This document shows, piece after piece, positions 12,964 through 26,735 of a stretch of 64,000 nucleotides of DNA (positions within the stretch are counted from its first letter, which is position 1; every line of letters starts with the position of its first letter). The notes under the pieces were generated by a model, which saw only the letters and a list, made by a program, of their open reading frames with translations, was not told the DNA's origin and ran no database searches. This stretch comes from Octopus vulgaris (Eukaryota), in assembly GCA_951406725.2 (NCBI GenBank), contig OX597830.1, positions 52,948,001 to 53,012,000 of the forward strand. Reading direction: 5' to 3'. Made by a program: the position numbers and the translations under genes.

Positions 12964-13690
12964 CAGGGTGTGGTGAATGAATTGCTGTCTAAATTACACG
13001 TAACTGAAAATAACACTGACATCTCATTTTAACAGATATATTTACTGAAATTGCATAAAAATATGTTGAAATACTAAAGAATAAATTTATTCAATATAAT
13101 CGCCATTGGCTTCAACTATGGTCTCCAGACAACTTCAAAATCTTCTGTAACTCTTCTGGACATTTTCCTTGTTTAAGTTGGTGAATGCTGCCATAATCCT
13201 TGCCTTCAGTACATCTTTGGTGTTACAAGGGGTTTTGTTGGTCTCTCCTGCAGCTGCACCCCACACATAATCAAGAGGGTTGCAGTCTGGGGAGTTAGGT
13301 GGCCAGATGTTAGGGGTGATGTGATCACAGAAATTGTCTGACAGCCATGACTGGGTTCTCTTGCTTGTGTTGCATGGTACAGAGTCCTGTTGCCAGACAC
13401 AGGGTCTTCCAGCAGCCATCCTCTTGACCCAGGGCAGCACTACCTCTTCCAGGCAGTTGATGTGGGTCTCCGTGTTGAGTCTGAGGCTGTGTCAGAAGAT
13501 GAATGGAGGCATAACATAGCCATCGTTCCAAACATCATGATGTTGATTGGATGTTAGATTTTTATCATTCTCAGTACATGTTTTTGGAACATGGCAAACA
13601 CTCAGCTTGATACTCAAGCACTCTGAAATGTTCATAGTGGAGATTCTGGTGTGAATGCCAAGCAGTAGGGCATGTTGTGTCCAACATTCC
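12964..13690 (-). mobile_element. Defective DD37D (maT-type) Tc1/mariner element
   Basis: TA-CAGGGTG terminus; WQQDS...WPPNSPDCNPLDY in ORF 13135..13440. Confidence 0.8.
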
Positions 13691-14069
13691 GGGCAAAATG
13701 CTTTGTGGCATTCCGACCATCTTTACGTTTTGAGTTCAAATTCCACCGAGGCTAACTTTCATCCTTTCGGGGTTGATAAAATGAGTACCAGCTGAACACT
13801 GGTGTCAATGCTATCAACTTATTCCTTCCCCTGAACTTGCTGGCTTTGAAACCAATATATGTAGCTTTGTCTTCGTGAGATCCTGTGTTTATCTGGCCAA
13901 TCTGTTTGTATATCTAATTGTTCATATCTCTCTCTCTATCTATCTATCTATCTATCTATCTGTTTATTTATTTATCTAGTCATTCAGTCAATCAATCTAT
14001 ATACCTCTTCGATTCGTTTGGTATAGCAAACTTTATAGCATCTCTCTATAGACTGGCACGTAACTTATA

Positions 14070-14830
14070 ATGTACAAAGGACACTTGAAATCTATTAAAT
14101 AATGTATTTACTATATCATTTTATATTTATCCCCATCCTTTTGGAAATAATCCCTTTGAGAACATACATTGTAATCCCAGTAAATCTTCCCCAATACGAA
14201 AGCACTGCAGGAGTCCTCTACCTGAAGGCTCTCCAATATCAAGTATAGTGCCATTTGAATTTCATTTTTCTTCAAGTGGTGCCTCCTCTATATCACTTTG
14301 ATATTGGAAAACCTAATGAAGATACAAAGGGAAAGGTCAAGCTAGTACGGAGAGTACAAAACAAGTAGCATTTTGTTGGTTCTTTCTCAAAAGCTGTGTC
14401 ACATGTCCAGGTTTTCTGTGAGGATTTTCTGGTAGACTCCATTACTGATTCCAATCATAGAAGGAAGTTGGTGGATTGTCCAGTGATGGTCCTTGTAGAT
14501 GAATTCACAATATTTGACCATCCTTGTCATGCATGTACCACTCAAAGACCTAAGTTCAAACATTTTTAGGATCTCAGTAGCAGATCTAACAAGCTTCATG
14601 CAAAATTTAGTACATCGCTCGATTGTGTTAGATCCCTTAAACATTTCAGAGCTGTTCCAAAAGTGTTACAAAACCTTATGTTGTAATTAAATACGTGTAT
14701 GTAGCATGAAATATGTTTATAGACTGATTTAATGCATTGGCTATTATCATCATTATGATCGTAAGCTGTACACACATTTCCATTGAAGAATATATACTAC
14801 ATCATGTGTAGCTTGGAAACTTTCTGATAA
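14070..14830 (-). mobile_element. Highly decayed mariner remnant
   Basis: ORF 14399..14644 resembles mariner N-terminal HTH regions (KFCMKL..SATEIL; TIHQL..GISNG..KILTENLDM). Confidence 0.55.
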
Positions 14831-17159
14831 CATATTATAAATACCAGTAGATATAGGAAGGAATTCCACACATATGTAAGAGCTGAATCAACTCTTGCAT
14901 CTCTTATCAGGAAAACAATATCTACATCTGGGCCAAAAATATCTCACATCGAGACAAGGATTCGACGTTTATAGAAAGGGCTAATCAGATTAAGTGATGT
15001 TAATGCAAAATAGGGTATCGGCTAGTCATCTGAATAGAAAATAAGGTAATACAGGAAGATGTTATACCCAAAGATTGGCACAACAGCAGGATCGGGCAAA
15101 GGAGATGGACTAGAGAGGCAAAACTGCAAAAGTATTAAAATGTTGGACCAGGTTATGAAGGTTGCAGAAAGAGTTCTTGCAAAATTGATTAGGAACAAGA
15201 TTAACTTGATGAAATGCTGTTCAGGCTTTTAACCAGGAAGAACTACCAATGCCACCTTCCTAGTGAGACAACTGCAGAAGTACCTGGCTAGGAACAAGCT
15301 TCTGTTTCTAGTAATTATTAACCTTTGATGGGACCCTCTGCTTTATTATCTGTGAATCACTGAGGATAGATGAAATTGCTTGTGAAAGTCAATGAGTTGA
15401 GCAATAAATTTAACATGCAGGTAGAGGTACATCAAATAACAATGATATATATACATTCATACACACATCTCACCCCCCACACACACACACATTTGTGCAT
15501 GTGTGTGTGTGATATGTACTCTCCTGTTGGTTTCGATGTAAGAGGATCCAACAGCCTACCCTCTCTTTGTCAGTCATAATGCTTATGTCAAATGTGACAT
15601 TTGAGTCCTGCCAACGATTTGCAAAGAAACCCACAGATGTTGCAAGTATGAGGATTACAGGTCAGTGCAGGTGGTATATTTACAGCTGCTTTTCTCCTTT
15701 GCCTTGCTCCCCTTAGCCTGTTAATGCTAGTTGAAATAAAGTTTCTTATACCATTTTGACATGATAATCTCCATTCTGTTCACTCAAAGGCCATTCTGTT
15801 GCCTCTATTGACTGCTGAGAGGTTATTCTTCAGCTTGTCCTTATAACTGAGCCATGGTCAACCAACATTCCTGTGCCTGCTATCAAGCTGGCTGTACATG
15901 GGGACTTTGGGTACATATGTAATTTCTTGCTATATCTTTTGATATGCACATTATCATTACCACATTTTAATGTCTGTTTGTCTATTTATATCTCAACATT
16001 TATATCACCATATATCCTCCTCTCCCATGACCCCCTGTCTGTATCTTCTTTTATACTCACTGTCTTGTTTCTTGAGAGTTTGCTTTGGAACTCCATCAGT
16101 GTCATCTTTATCTTTTTCCCAACTACTCCCAACACTACATAATGCGGGGGTAACCATGTTTCTCCTCTGTAGCAAGACATCTATTCTTGAAACTGTTGTA
16201 CTTGAGCCTGTCAATGCCTCACATAAAGCTACACCCCCATCAAATACTCCTCCTTTTTGTCATTTTCCTTTTTCTGTCTTGCATATTACTTGGCAACCTT
16301 GCTAGTGACAATGGCATGAAAAATACACCCAATGCACACTTCACAGTGGTTGGCATTAGGAAGGGCATGCAGCCATAGAAGCAATGCTAAAGAAGGCATT
16401 GGAGCTCAGTGCAGCGCTGTGACTCACTGAACTCTATGAAACTGTCCAACCTGTGCCAGCATGGAAAATGGACGTTAAATAATATGATAATGATGATAAT
16501 TATGATGTATATATACATACGCATACAAATTAAAATGGGTAGCTTATTAGCAATTAGAACCTAAAAGCAAAATTAATTACTGGCTAGCACCTCTTTTGCT
16601 AACGATAACAAGTTAAAACTAATTCAAAGCCACAAACGTGATGTCTTAAGTGACTAACAAAGGTCCCCAGCACATATGCACATATATATATATGTATGTA
16701 TATATATATGTGTGTGTGTATACATTATATATGTATGCATATATGTGTGTGTGTATATATTTTTATATATATATATATATATACATACACACACATATAT
16801 ATATATACATATACATGTATACAGACATACACACAACACACACACATAACTGTGTGGTTAAAAAATTTCTTTCCCAACCACATGGTTTCAGGTTCAGTCC
16901 TACAGCACGACACTTTGCTTGGCAAGTGTCTTCTGCTATAGCCACAGGCCAACCAAAACCTTGTGAGTGGATTTCATAGATGAAAACTAAAAGAAGCCCA
17001 TCGTCAGTATTCTTGAACTGGGTCACCTGACCTGGTTACTTGCAAGAGAACGGACTTTGCTAACAGTACCTTAGGTACCAGGTGGTACTATTAAACTGGG
17101 TGATGGATAGAGGAAGGGGAAGGATTGGGTATTGTAGCTTGGGTATACAAGCACACAGT

Positions 17160-17730
17160 CTTTCTTTCTTCCCCCTTCTCTCTCTCTCTCCCTTTCCATC
17201 ATCTTTCTCTTGCTCATCTTAACTTTCTTTCCTTTTCTCTTTTCCACCCTCCCATAAACGTTCCCCTCTCTATCATTTCTCTTTTTCATCTCATTTCTTT
17301 TTCTTTTCCTCTTCCTTCTATTATTCTCTCTCTTATTTTTTCTCTCTCATCTTTCATTCCCGTTTTCCTTTCCTATCAACCTTCTTTTATATTCCACGTC
17401 TTTCTTTCTCTCTTTAATCTGATTTTTATGAGATTTTTGTTTTTTCCATTTATGTCCTTTCTTCTCACAACCATATGTTGCATATCTATTTTTAGTCTTT
17501 TTTCTCTTCCTCTCACTTCCCATTTTCTTAGTTTCTGCTGCTTTTAGTTTCTACACTTCCTAGTTTTAGTTTTTCCTCTTCTGCCTCCCTCATATATCCT
17601 TCCACTTTCCATTTTCTAATTTAGCCCTCATTTCCTCTCCCTTTCATCTCTCTTCTTTTAATTTACTTCCTGTTTTTCCACCAAGTTCTTAATCTATCTC
17701 TTTGCACTGCTCTTCCTTCTCTCTTTCTCA
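17160..17730 (+). repeat. Polypyrimidine (C/T) low-complexity tract
   Basis: Almost no purines on +. Confidence 0.85.
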
Positions 17731-18057
17731 CACACACACACACACATAAGCAAGTGTTTTCTGTTATTGCATTGGTCTAAGAAATGCCTTGAGTGAAACT
17801 GGTAAACTTGTTTCCGAGCAATGTATTTTTATTCCGTGGTCAGACATGTTTTCATGGAAGATTGAAAACAAGCAACACACATATTCAATGTGTGTTTCCA
17901 TCTATCAAATTCACACACAAGGCCTAGGACTATAGTAGGACTATAGTAGAAGAAACTTGCTGTGCAGTGAGATTGAGCCAGAAACCATGTAGTTGTGAAG
18001 CCAACTTCTTAACCACACTGTCATGCAGACAGACATACAGATAGATAGATATGGATG

Positions 18058-18495
18058 CATTGAAACTCCGACGTCTGGCAGCTGACTTGGCAGACACACC
18101 CATAAAATTATTAACCATCTTACAAACAATGACTCTGAGCACCTTTTCAAACTCCACCTAACACCTGTGGACATGTTTACAAAGTCAGAAAACAGCACAG
18201 CTCCCATGACTTTCGGAAACATTTTTTCACACGAAGAGTTGCTGAAGTATGGAATAAACTGCCGGCATCAGTTGTTAGTTGTTGGAGCACTGCATCCTTC
18301 AAATCTTCCATGCTTCCTGAGATTCGCCAACACCACACCTGATTTTCTCCCCTCCATACACACGCAAGCATGTATCTGACTCATACACTGTTCACTTCCC
18401 AGACATTTGTACATTACTGCATATGCTTTATACACACTTTTGACAAGTTGTGGTGCACTTGGGCACTGTATACAATAATTTCGTTATTATTATTA
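18058..18495 (+). mobile_element. CR1/L2-type LINE 3' fragment
   Basis: Reverse complement of 50697-51110; (ATT)n tail. Confidence 0.8.
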
Positions 18496-18899
18496 GATAC
18501 ACACACACACAGCATAGACACAAGCATGACTGTGAGGTGGTTAGCAAGTTCGCTTCCCAATGGGTTCAGTAACATTGTGTAGTACCTTTGGCCAACCAAA
18601 AGCTTGTGAGTCAATTTCATTAGCAGAAACTGAAAGAATTTCATCGTGTGTGTGTGTGTGTGTGTCACCTTGTCTTGACTCCACAAGGTAGTTGTAAATG
18701 AACGTCACTATCATACAAGCAGCTCTTACATGAAAACGTGTCTCGCCATTAGGAAATATTACTTTACTTGGAAACAGGTGAGAGTTGGCGACGGAAAGAG
18801 CATCCAGTCGCAGAATTACGTATGACCCATGGAAGTTTGGGAAAATGGGCGTTAACACAACGACGATGAAATAATGTGTGTGTGTGTGTGTTTCTCATA

Positions 18900-19440
18900 C
18901 CTCATTTTCTCACCCATGTGTATATATATCTTTTCAATGTAATTTTGTTTTTTACTCGTCTTTCATTCTCGTTCTCTTTCCCTCGCCCATTCCTCTTTAC
19001 CTTCCCTCGTTTTCCCTCTTCTTTTCTCCCCGTTCTTCTGCCTATGTATCCTCCTTATTATCTCCCTTTCATTGCCTTTGTTCCTCTTCGTATCTTTTCT
19101 CTGGGTTTTTTTTTCCACTTTTTTTCTTATTCCTCTCGTCTTTGCTTTATATCTTTTACCTTCTTCTCTCACGCTATTCCCCTCCTCCCTCTTATGTCTC
19201 TCCTTTCTTGTCTCCCAACTCACACCTGCTTCCTTTCCTCACTTTATTCTCCTGCTCTTACCGTCCCTCCTTCCTCTCTTTTCTCATACCTCTTCCTCTC
19301 AGCTTTTTCCTTATTCCCTCCCTGCTCACATCTACCCTTTCTCTGTCTTCTCCCTTCTCCTCATTTTTTCCTCCTTCTCTCACTCTATTCTCCTCCTCCC
19401 TCCTTCTCATAAACTCACGTTATTCTTCCTACCCCCTCCG
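18900..19440 (+). repeat. Polypyrimidine tract abutting the putative promoter
   Basis: About 540 nt, C/T-rich. Confidence 0.85.
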
Positions 19441-19490
19441 CCTGTCGGTTTTTTTGTATATATGTATATTTATTTATTTATTTATTCCTA

Positions 19491-19625
19491 ACCGGAAGTA
19501 GTTTCTCGAATGTTCAATGAGTCACACTAGAATCCGTCGTTGCAGTGTAACAGCCACTGTGTTACATACAGTGTAACACACTAACAAACACTGTAACACA
19601 CATATCTATTGGCTTGGCGGCCCAG
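19491..19625 (+). promoter_or_regulatory. Putative promoter of the CNC-bZIP gene
   Basis: ACCGGAAGT (ETS) 19491-19499; TTCtcGAAtgTTC (HSE) 19503-19515; TGAGTCA (AP-1) 19518-19524; inverted CCAAT 19608-19612; about 1 kb before the ATG. Confidence 0.6.
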
Positions 19626-20583
19626 TTCGTCTGGGTGGAATTTACAGGGGTACATAAAAAAAATCACTCCAAAACACAAACACAGCAAAGAGCGAGGCAA
19701 AAAAAAAAAACCCCCAACGGAAGACAAAAGAAACTAAACAACAACAAACCCAGCAAATAGTGTTTAGGATCAGTTTTTGTGTTGTAACTTTAGGGGACAA
19801 AATAGAAACCCTGGCATGGAATACGCAGAAGTTCATATAGGCATTAATTGCTGCTACCCTTGCGGATGAAAAAAACTAGAAAAAAACTCGTATTAGTAAT
19901 TATAATATTAATAATTATTAATTCTAGACATTAATAGTCTTTTTAGTTTATTTATAATATTAATAAGAATGATTTAGGGTTTATAAGAAGCCAGACTGTA
20001 GAAAAATTGGGGTTTTTTTGTCCCCAACATAGCAATAAGGAGAATTTAAAGTCCTCTAATTATTTGAATAAGTTCACGGTGTTTCGAGGGGGTTCGTTGT
20101 TGTATCTTTTCCTTTTTATTTTTGTGGTTTTCAAATCCCCCCCATGCTAACATTTTAATGGAAAACTTAACACATACATATGTATAATGGGGGGTATTCA
20201 GTTATTCTTAATAGAAGGCAACAACTAGCTGTACACAAGGACTTCTGTTCTTTTGTTATGATTTCTAACGATGGAGGAGATAATGGGACACACTACTAAA
20301 GCAAATTAAGACGAACACTTATATTTTTAAATATGGCTATTTGTTCGTCCCAAGCTGTCCTAGTGGCGATATCTTATAGCTTCGCTTTAATAAACAAGTG
20401 AAAGACATTTGAATTTACTTTTCAACACATAGACATAGGTGGTAGATTCTCCGAAGATCACTGAAGCTTTCTTTTGTTTAAATTAGGTTTGGTTCTTGTT
20501 TGAATTCCTTCTTTCGTTCGATCGTGTGTGAAGTCCATCTGTTGCCGTCTCCATCTCCGCCGTTCTGTGTTCCACAGTTCACA

Positions 20584-21555
20584 ATGATCAAACAATGTTT
20601 TACAGACAGTTTAATATCTCTGGCCATTGTGCTCAGTCTCCTTCGGACGGATGTGACCAATTATTTCAGTAGCGACTACATCAGCTACCCGGAGGTCCAG
20701 GAAATTATCCTGGGTGGCAGCACGGCATACGGCCGCGTCAACAACTACATAGACAACAACCGCAACCAGCTCTACCTGCTCGGACAACACCTCCACTTCA
20801 AGAACGTCGACTATGGAAACATCTTCTCGACGTCCTTCTACAACGAGCTGCGCCGGCTTACATCGAACCCGTTCTCTTACAATTACGACGACTACTTCCC
20901 GCAGCGTCGCGGACGGCGGCGGCGACAGCGGGTTCGATACCCGGGCTTCCACACAGACTACTCTACCTACCTGGTCAGCGCCGAGCAATCTTCAAACTCG
21001 GTCCACCTGACTGAAAACTCTAACGAAAACAATAATGGGGACAATGACGACAATTCCAACATCGTCGTTGACAATAACAATGACCACGATAACAACATCA
21101 TCCACGAACAACACAACAATGACCATCACCCCAGAGAGGTGGAAGAAAATAACGACAGCGAAGCGGTGAGGGTGTCCGACGAGACGGAAGATGGAAGCGG
21201 CTGTGAGCAAAGTGGTCATCCGAGTGAAGAAGTGGACTACCTAAATAGGATTAATTCTTATTTTCACAGCGACGGAAAAAGAGATCAATCTGCTGCTATC
21301 ACCACAACTGCCACTGCTACTGACCTCGTGGCCGGAGTTTCGCACCCGACTTGCGACAACATAAATATTTCCAATGGCAATGACTCAGAGACCAACCCCG
21401 ACAACAACAATAACAACAACACCGTTGCAAATATCTCCAACTTGGAGACATATGTCAACGATTCGGACAGTACTACCACCCCAACTGCTACAGATGATAG
21501 CAGTGGTCAAGTCAACAATAGCCATGCAATTAGCAGCAGTGATCCGACTAACGAG
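20584..21555 (+). CDS. NFE2L1: CNC-bZIP (Nrf1/Nrf2/CncC-like) factor, coding exon 1: ER-targeting N-terminus and Asn/Asp/Ser/Thr-rich region
   Basis: ATG at 20584. MIKQCFTDSLISLAIVLSLLRTDV..EIILGGSTAY..HFKNVD..TYLV parallels the Nrf1 N-terminus (MLSLKKYLTEGLLQFTILLSL..EIILGPSSAY..HPKSID..AWLV). Donor GAG|GTAATT, phase 0. The symbol marks the closest architecture; the gene is probably co-orthologous to NFE2L1/NFE2L2. Confidence 0.88.
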
Positions 21556-22730
21556 GTAATTAATGCCTTTCCTTTCAGCCTCTCGTATTTCTCTCATTTA
21601 AATCTCTCTTTCTCTCTCACTCACACACACACACACACACACACTTTCTGTAAATCTGTTGATCGACAACTTTCATATTTCCATTTATACCAGTGAAATC
21701 TTTTTACCGCTTCCCATTGTGTTTAAAAACAGAAGACACTGTACTGTAAATTCTAGATATACCAGTCTGAAAATAAGGCAAGGTAGTCATTATTGGATTG
21801 GATTTTATCATATGTCTACTCGATCAGATACGACCTGGGACCAACAGCAACACCCAAAAAAAAACCATTATTTGATCCCCTTCCTCTTCATTCAGATCAT
21901 TGGAGTATTCTTACAAATATTAGAGAAAAAGACAAAAATATCCCACCACATATCCCACCATCCTTCTTCGCCGTCTTTATTCCTATAAATCAGGTTTTAT
22001 GTTAAAATATTGCATAAGTCTGGTTTTGTTAGACATCAGTAAACTAGATATAAATTTAAACCATTGTCTGGTAACCACTGGACCACCTGTTCAAAAGAAA
22101 ACACAAGTGGCAACGAACTGCAAAGTTTCATGAGCATGTGGTCAGAATTATAGGCCATTATCTTACCTTCAGATATGAAACAACAAGTAATATATATTTG
22201 TACGTTTATATAAATGATATGCTTGTTAATCAGTGTTAGTGAAAGGGATGGCAGCAGCATTATGATGCGAATAAATTGTTGCATATTCATGATTCATGCA
22301 TCCATTATTAGAGCGAACATATCTGCAGGTTAAGTCAGACCCCTAGCACATACGGAGGGGCTGAGTGTGTATGTGTTTTCTTCCTTGCGTATACAAAACT
22401 GTGTGCATACGTACGTAGCTAAACATATATATACATATATATATGTACGTGTGTACTCTGTGTGTGTGTGTGTATGTATATGTGTGTGTATATATATATA
22501 TATATAGTTGGCGACAGAAAGGCATCCGGCCATAGAAAATCGGTCTCAACAAATTCCGGTTGATCTATGCAAGAATGGAAAATGAACATTAAAACTGATT
22601 ATATATATATAATCAGTCAGGCCTCCAGTATGGCCACAGCCTGAAGGCTGAAACGTATAAAAGAATATATGCATACACTCACATGTATACAGAATAAAAG
22701 AGAGCTCATGGATATATGTATGTATGGATG

Positions 22731-22782
<52 letters not shown>

Positions 22783-23379
22783 CACATACGTATGTATCAA
22801 TTGTTCTAACATCCACTTTTTCATGCTTGCATCATGCTTATGGAATTCGATGAGTCAGATTTTCTACTGCTGGATGCCCTTCCTGTTGCCAACTCTCACC
22901 GGTTTCCAAGCAAGGTAATATTTCCCCATTGACTGGACATGCTTCCATAGAAGATTTGAAACAAAGGGCACTGCTTGTCTGGCAGTTACAATTATTGCTT
23001 AATGTCAAGATAAAGTGGCATAGACACACACACACATACATATATAAAGATATATGTTTGTGTATGCATGTGGATATGCATGTGTGTATACATATATATA
23101 TATATATACACACACACATTTATGTCTACATACAAGTATACATATAAGTAAGGGTTGATGTCAGGAAAGGTATCCATCCATAGAATGCTGTCATAAGTTT
23201 TCAGCTCCTGCTGTAGGGGGGAAAAAACTGACTGTAATGATTATATGTATGAGTGGGTAGGTGTGTGTGTATGTATATATGTATATATATATATATATAT
23301 GATATAATATACCCCAAGTAGATTCAGTATAGAGACCGACCATTTAGTTGACTGCAGTAGGTATTAGCATGAATGGTAA

Positions 23380-24230
23380 CCCCCAGTTTTGTCAGATAGA
23401 CAGCCATCAGAATGTGGATAGAGAAAGATTAAAGGTATTAATGCTATAGAGGCACTGTGTTCATAAGAAATTACCACTGAAATTCTTAAAATGTCTTATG
23501 GAGTTGGATATGGGCCAGTCACTTGTATAGTAATTCAGGTAAGTGTAAAAAGGTGTCATACACAACAACAGGTATAGTAGAATTGTTGTAAACTTCTACA
23601 AGGGCAAATGAGATATGCCAGAAAATGGAAAGTACAGAGATATTAAACTGGCTCTATCGGGTTTTGAAAGTTTATGAAAGAGCTATAGCAGACTTGATTA
23701 GAAACAGAATCAACATAGCTGCAATGCAGTTTGGTTCTGTGCCAGGAAGAAGTACTACTAATGTCATCCTCCTAGTGAGGCAGCTGAAAGGAGAATTCTG
23801 TTGCCAGGAGGAATTTGTTCCCTGCTCTGTGATTTGGTGGCTACAGTGGAACAGTTTGTAAGGTGTGAATCAGCAGTATATTTGGTTAGAAGTCCATCAG
23901 GGCTTGATCCGCTGACCACTGCTGTTCATTATAGTCTTCCAAGCTAAAACAGAAGTTTAAGACAGGCTGCTTGTGGGGAACTCCCCTATACTGATAACCT
24001 AGTTCTTATAGCTGAATCAGTTAGAGAATTAGAAAAGAAACTCCGAGTATGGAAACAAAACCAAGAAGCCTCAAACTGAATTTAGCAATGACTAAAGTAT
24101 TAGTAAATAGAAAGGACAAGAAGACCTTGCTGTCATCGGGGAAGATAGCTATAGAAAAACATTTGGTAGGAATTCTATAAAGTGTATTTGTGTAAACTGA
24201 ATGCACAAGAAGTGTAGTAGGTTCACCGGC
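23380..24230 (+). mobile_element. Decayed RTE-type reverse transcriptase fragment (similar relic ~15050-15430)
   Basis: MQFGSVPGRSTT..LVRQL motif, a degenerate VHQG and LYAD-like remnant. Confidence 0.65.
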
Positions 24231-24234
24231 ATTA

Positions 24235-24266
<32 letters not shown>

Positions 24267-25159
24267 CACACACACACACAGCATCTATATAGGCACCTTA
24301 TGGCTGAATGGCTAAAAACTTTATAACCACGAGGTTCCAGGTTTGAGTGCAGGAAGGGCATCTAGTCGAAGAAAATGTAACACATGCAAGCATGGAGAAA
24401 TACACATGTATCTGTTTATAAGATGTGTACTGATGACATTAATCAAAACTTGAAATTCTGTTGGTTCTATCTATACTAATCATATAAGCCTTGAGGCAGC
24501 AACATCACTTCATCCAGAAGGGGAGAATGTGAAGATTTGGAAAATTTACTGCTACAAATAAACTACAAGGAACCCATACAACAAAATGAAAAACTATCTT
24601 TATAAAAATATTACTGGGAAATAGTTTGTGTTTTCAATATAACATCATCAACATTTGACGTCAGTTTTTCATGCTGGCCTGGGTTGGACAACTTGACAGG
24701 AACTGGCAAGGCCAGGAGCCAGTCCAGGCGCCACAGTCTGTTTTGGCTTGAATTCTATAGCTGGATGCCCCTCCTAATGCCAACCACCTTATAGAGTGTA
24801 CCAGATGCTTTTTAAGTATCTATCTACATACAACAGGTCACTGAACCAACCAAAACTATCTATCTCATTTTCATGTCAATTTTCCCATGCTTGCTGAACA
24901 AAGTTTATTGTGGCAGATCTTCTAAGGCCAGATAGACTTCCTGTTGCCATTCCTCACCTCTTTCTATACAAGATAATATTTCCCATGGGCAATTATGTTT
25001 TTTGCAGAATATTGAAAATGAATAACATTGCAGATAACTTGCCCCAGCATTCACACACACAAAGTCTTCTTTTCAGATTCTATCTGCCAAATCTACTCTC
25101 AAAGCATTGCGCCCAGGTTCTATATCAGAAGATACTCGCCCAAGGTGCCACACAGGGTA

Positions 25160-25648
25160 TGTGCCAGGAGGAGGTAGTGCTGCCAAAGAGGATGGCTGCC
25201 AGAAGACAAGTCTGGCAACAGGACTCTGCACCTTGCCACACAAGCAAGAGAACCCAGTCGTGGCTGTCAGACAATTTCTGCAACCACATCACCCCTAACA
25301 TCTGGCCACCTAACTCTCCAGACTGCAACCCTCTTGATTATTATGTGTGGGGTGCAGTTGAGCAAGAAACCAACAAAACTCCTTGTAACACCAAAGATGA
25401 AGTGAGGGCAAGGATTATGGCAGCATTCACCAACTTAAACAAGGGGACCATCCAGAAGAATTGCAGGAGATTCTGAAGTCATCTGGAGGCTGCGGTTAAA
25501 GCCAATGGCAATTTTATTGAATAAATTTACTCTTTAGTATTTAAAGATATTTTTATGTAATTTCAGTAAATATATTTGTTAAAACGAGATGTCAGTGTTA
25601 TTTTAATTTTTGCATAATGTAGACGGCAGTTTAATCACTGCACCCTTA
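25160..25648 (+). mobile_element. DD37D (maT-type) transposon 3' half
   Basis: 37 residues between D (WQQD) and D (NPLD); same family as 12964-13690; CACCCT-TA end. Confidence 0.82.
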
Positions 25649-25917
25649 TATATATATATATAAAATCATCACATTTGCATCAGCTTCTTCCTGTTCAGGC
25701 ATGAAAGCAAATGAGTTACTGATGGGAAAAAGTATCTTGGCCTTAGAAAATTTGCCTCAACAAATTCCATCTAACCCATGCAAGCATGGAAATGTGTATG
25801 CCTGCCTGTATCCTATTACTTCTTCCTCTGCGATGTTCTTATCCCAGTTCATCTTGTCTCTTCTCTCCTCAGCCTGTCACTTTTGGGTCATCTTCAATTA
25901 TTTCCTAAGTAATATGT

Positions 25918-26735
25918 ACTGAAAATAGACTCCATCGACTGCCTGTGGGTAAGCTAGATGTAGTAGATAGCTTCTGTTACCTAGGTGACCAAGTTAGTGG
26001 CAGAGGTAGATGTTCCAAGAGCAAAGTTGTGAGAATAAGAATAGGCTGGGCAAAGTTCAGAGAGCTCCTATCTCTATTGGCAACAAAGAGCCTCTTCTTC
26101 AGAGTGAAAGGCAGGTTGTATGATGCTTGTGCATGAACAGCTATGCTACATGGTAATGAAACATGGGTTGTGACAGCTGAGGACATGCATAGGCTTGAAA
26201 GAAACAAAGCCAGTATGCTTCGCTGGATGTGCAATGTCAGTGTGCATGTTCGACAGAGTGTAAGCATCTTGAGAGAAAAGTTGGGCATCAGATGTGGTGT
26301 GCAAGAGAGATGACTGGACTGGTATGGTCATGTGATGCGTATGGACGAAGACAGCTGCATAAAGAAATGCTGATCTCTGTCAAGGGAACCTGTGGTAAAG
26401 GTGAACCCAAGAAGACCTGGGACAAAGTGGTGAGGCATGATCTTCAAACTTTGGATCTCACAGGCAATGACTAGTGACTGAGACCTTTGGCGATATACTG
26501 TGCTTGAGAAGACCCGTCAAGCTAAGTGAAACTGTAGCTGTGGCTGATGCTGGTGTCACATAACTGGCACATAAAAAGCTTCTTTCGAGTGTTGGGCCTC
26601 ATGGAAGCAATGACCAAGACCTTTGGCATTATGTCATGCTTGAGAAGACCTATCAAGCCAAGTTAAATTGCAGTCACGGCAGATATCGGTGTCACACAAA
26701 TGACACCCATGCCATTGGCACGTAAAAGCACCCAT
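25918..26735 (+). mobile_element. RTE LINE 3' fragment, decayed
   Basis: VVDSFCYLGD..WAKFRELL..KGRLYDAC, paralogous to 49315-49971. Confidence 0.85.

Noticed and set aside
18876-19501. Hydrophobic F/L/S/P-rich ORFs resembling membrane proteins (also 17125-17547)
   Set aside because: Artefacts of polypyrimidine tracts.
20500-21696. 398-aa ORF as a standalone gene
   Set aside because: It starts at a TTG and runs past the donor at 21556 into CT/CA repeats; it is exon 1 of the CNC gene.
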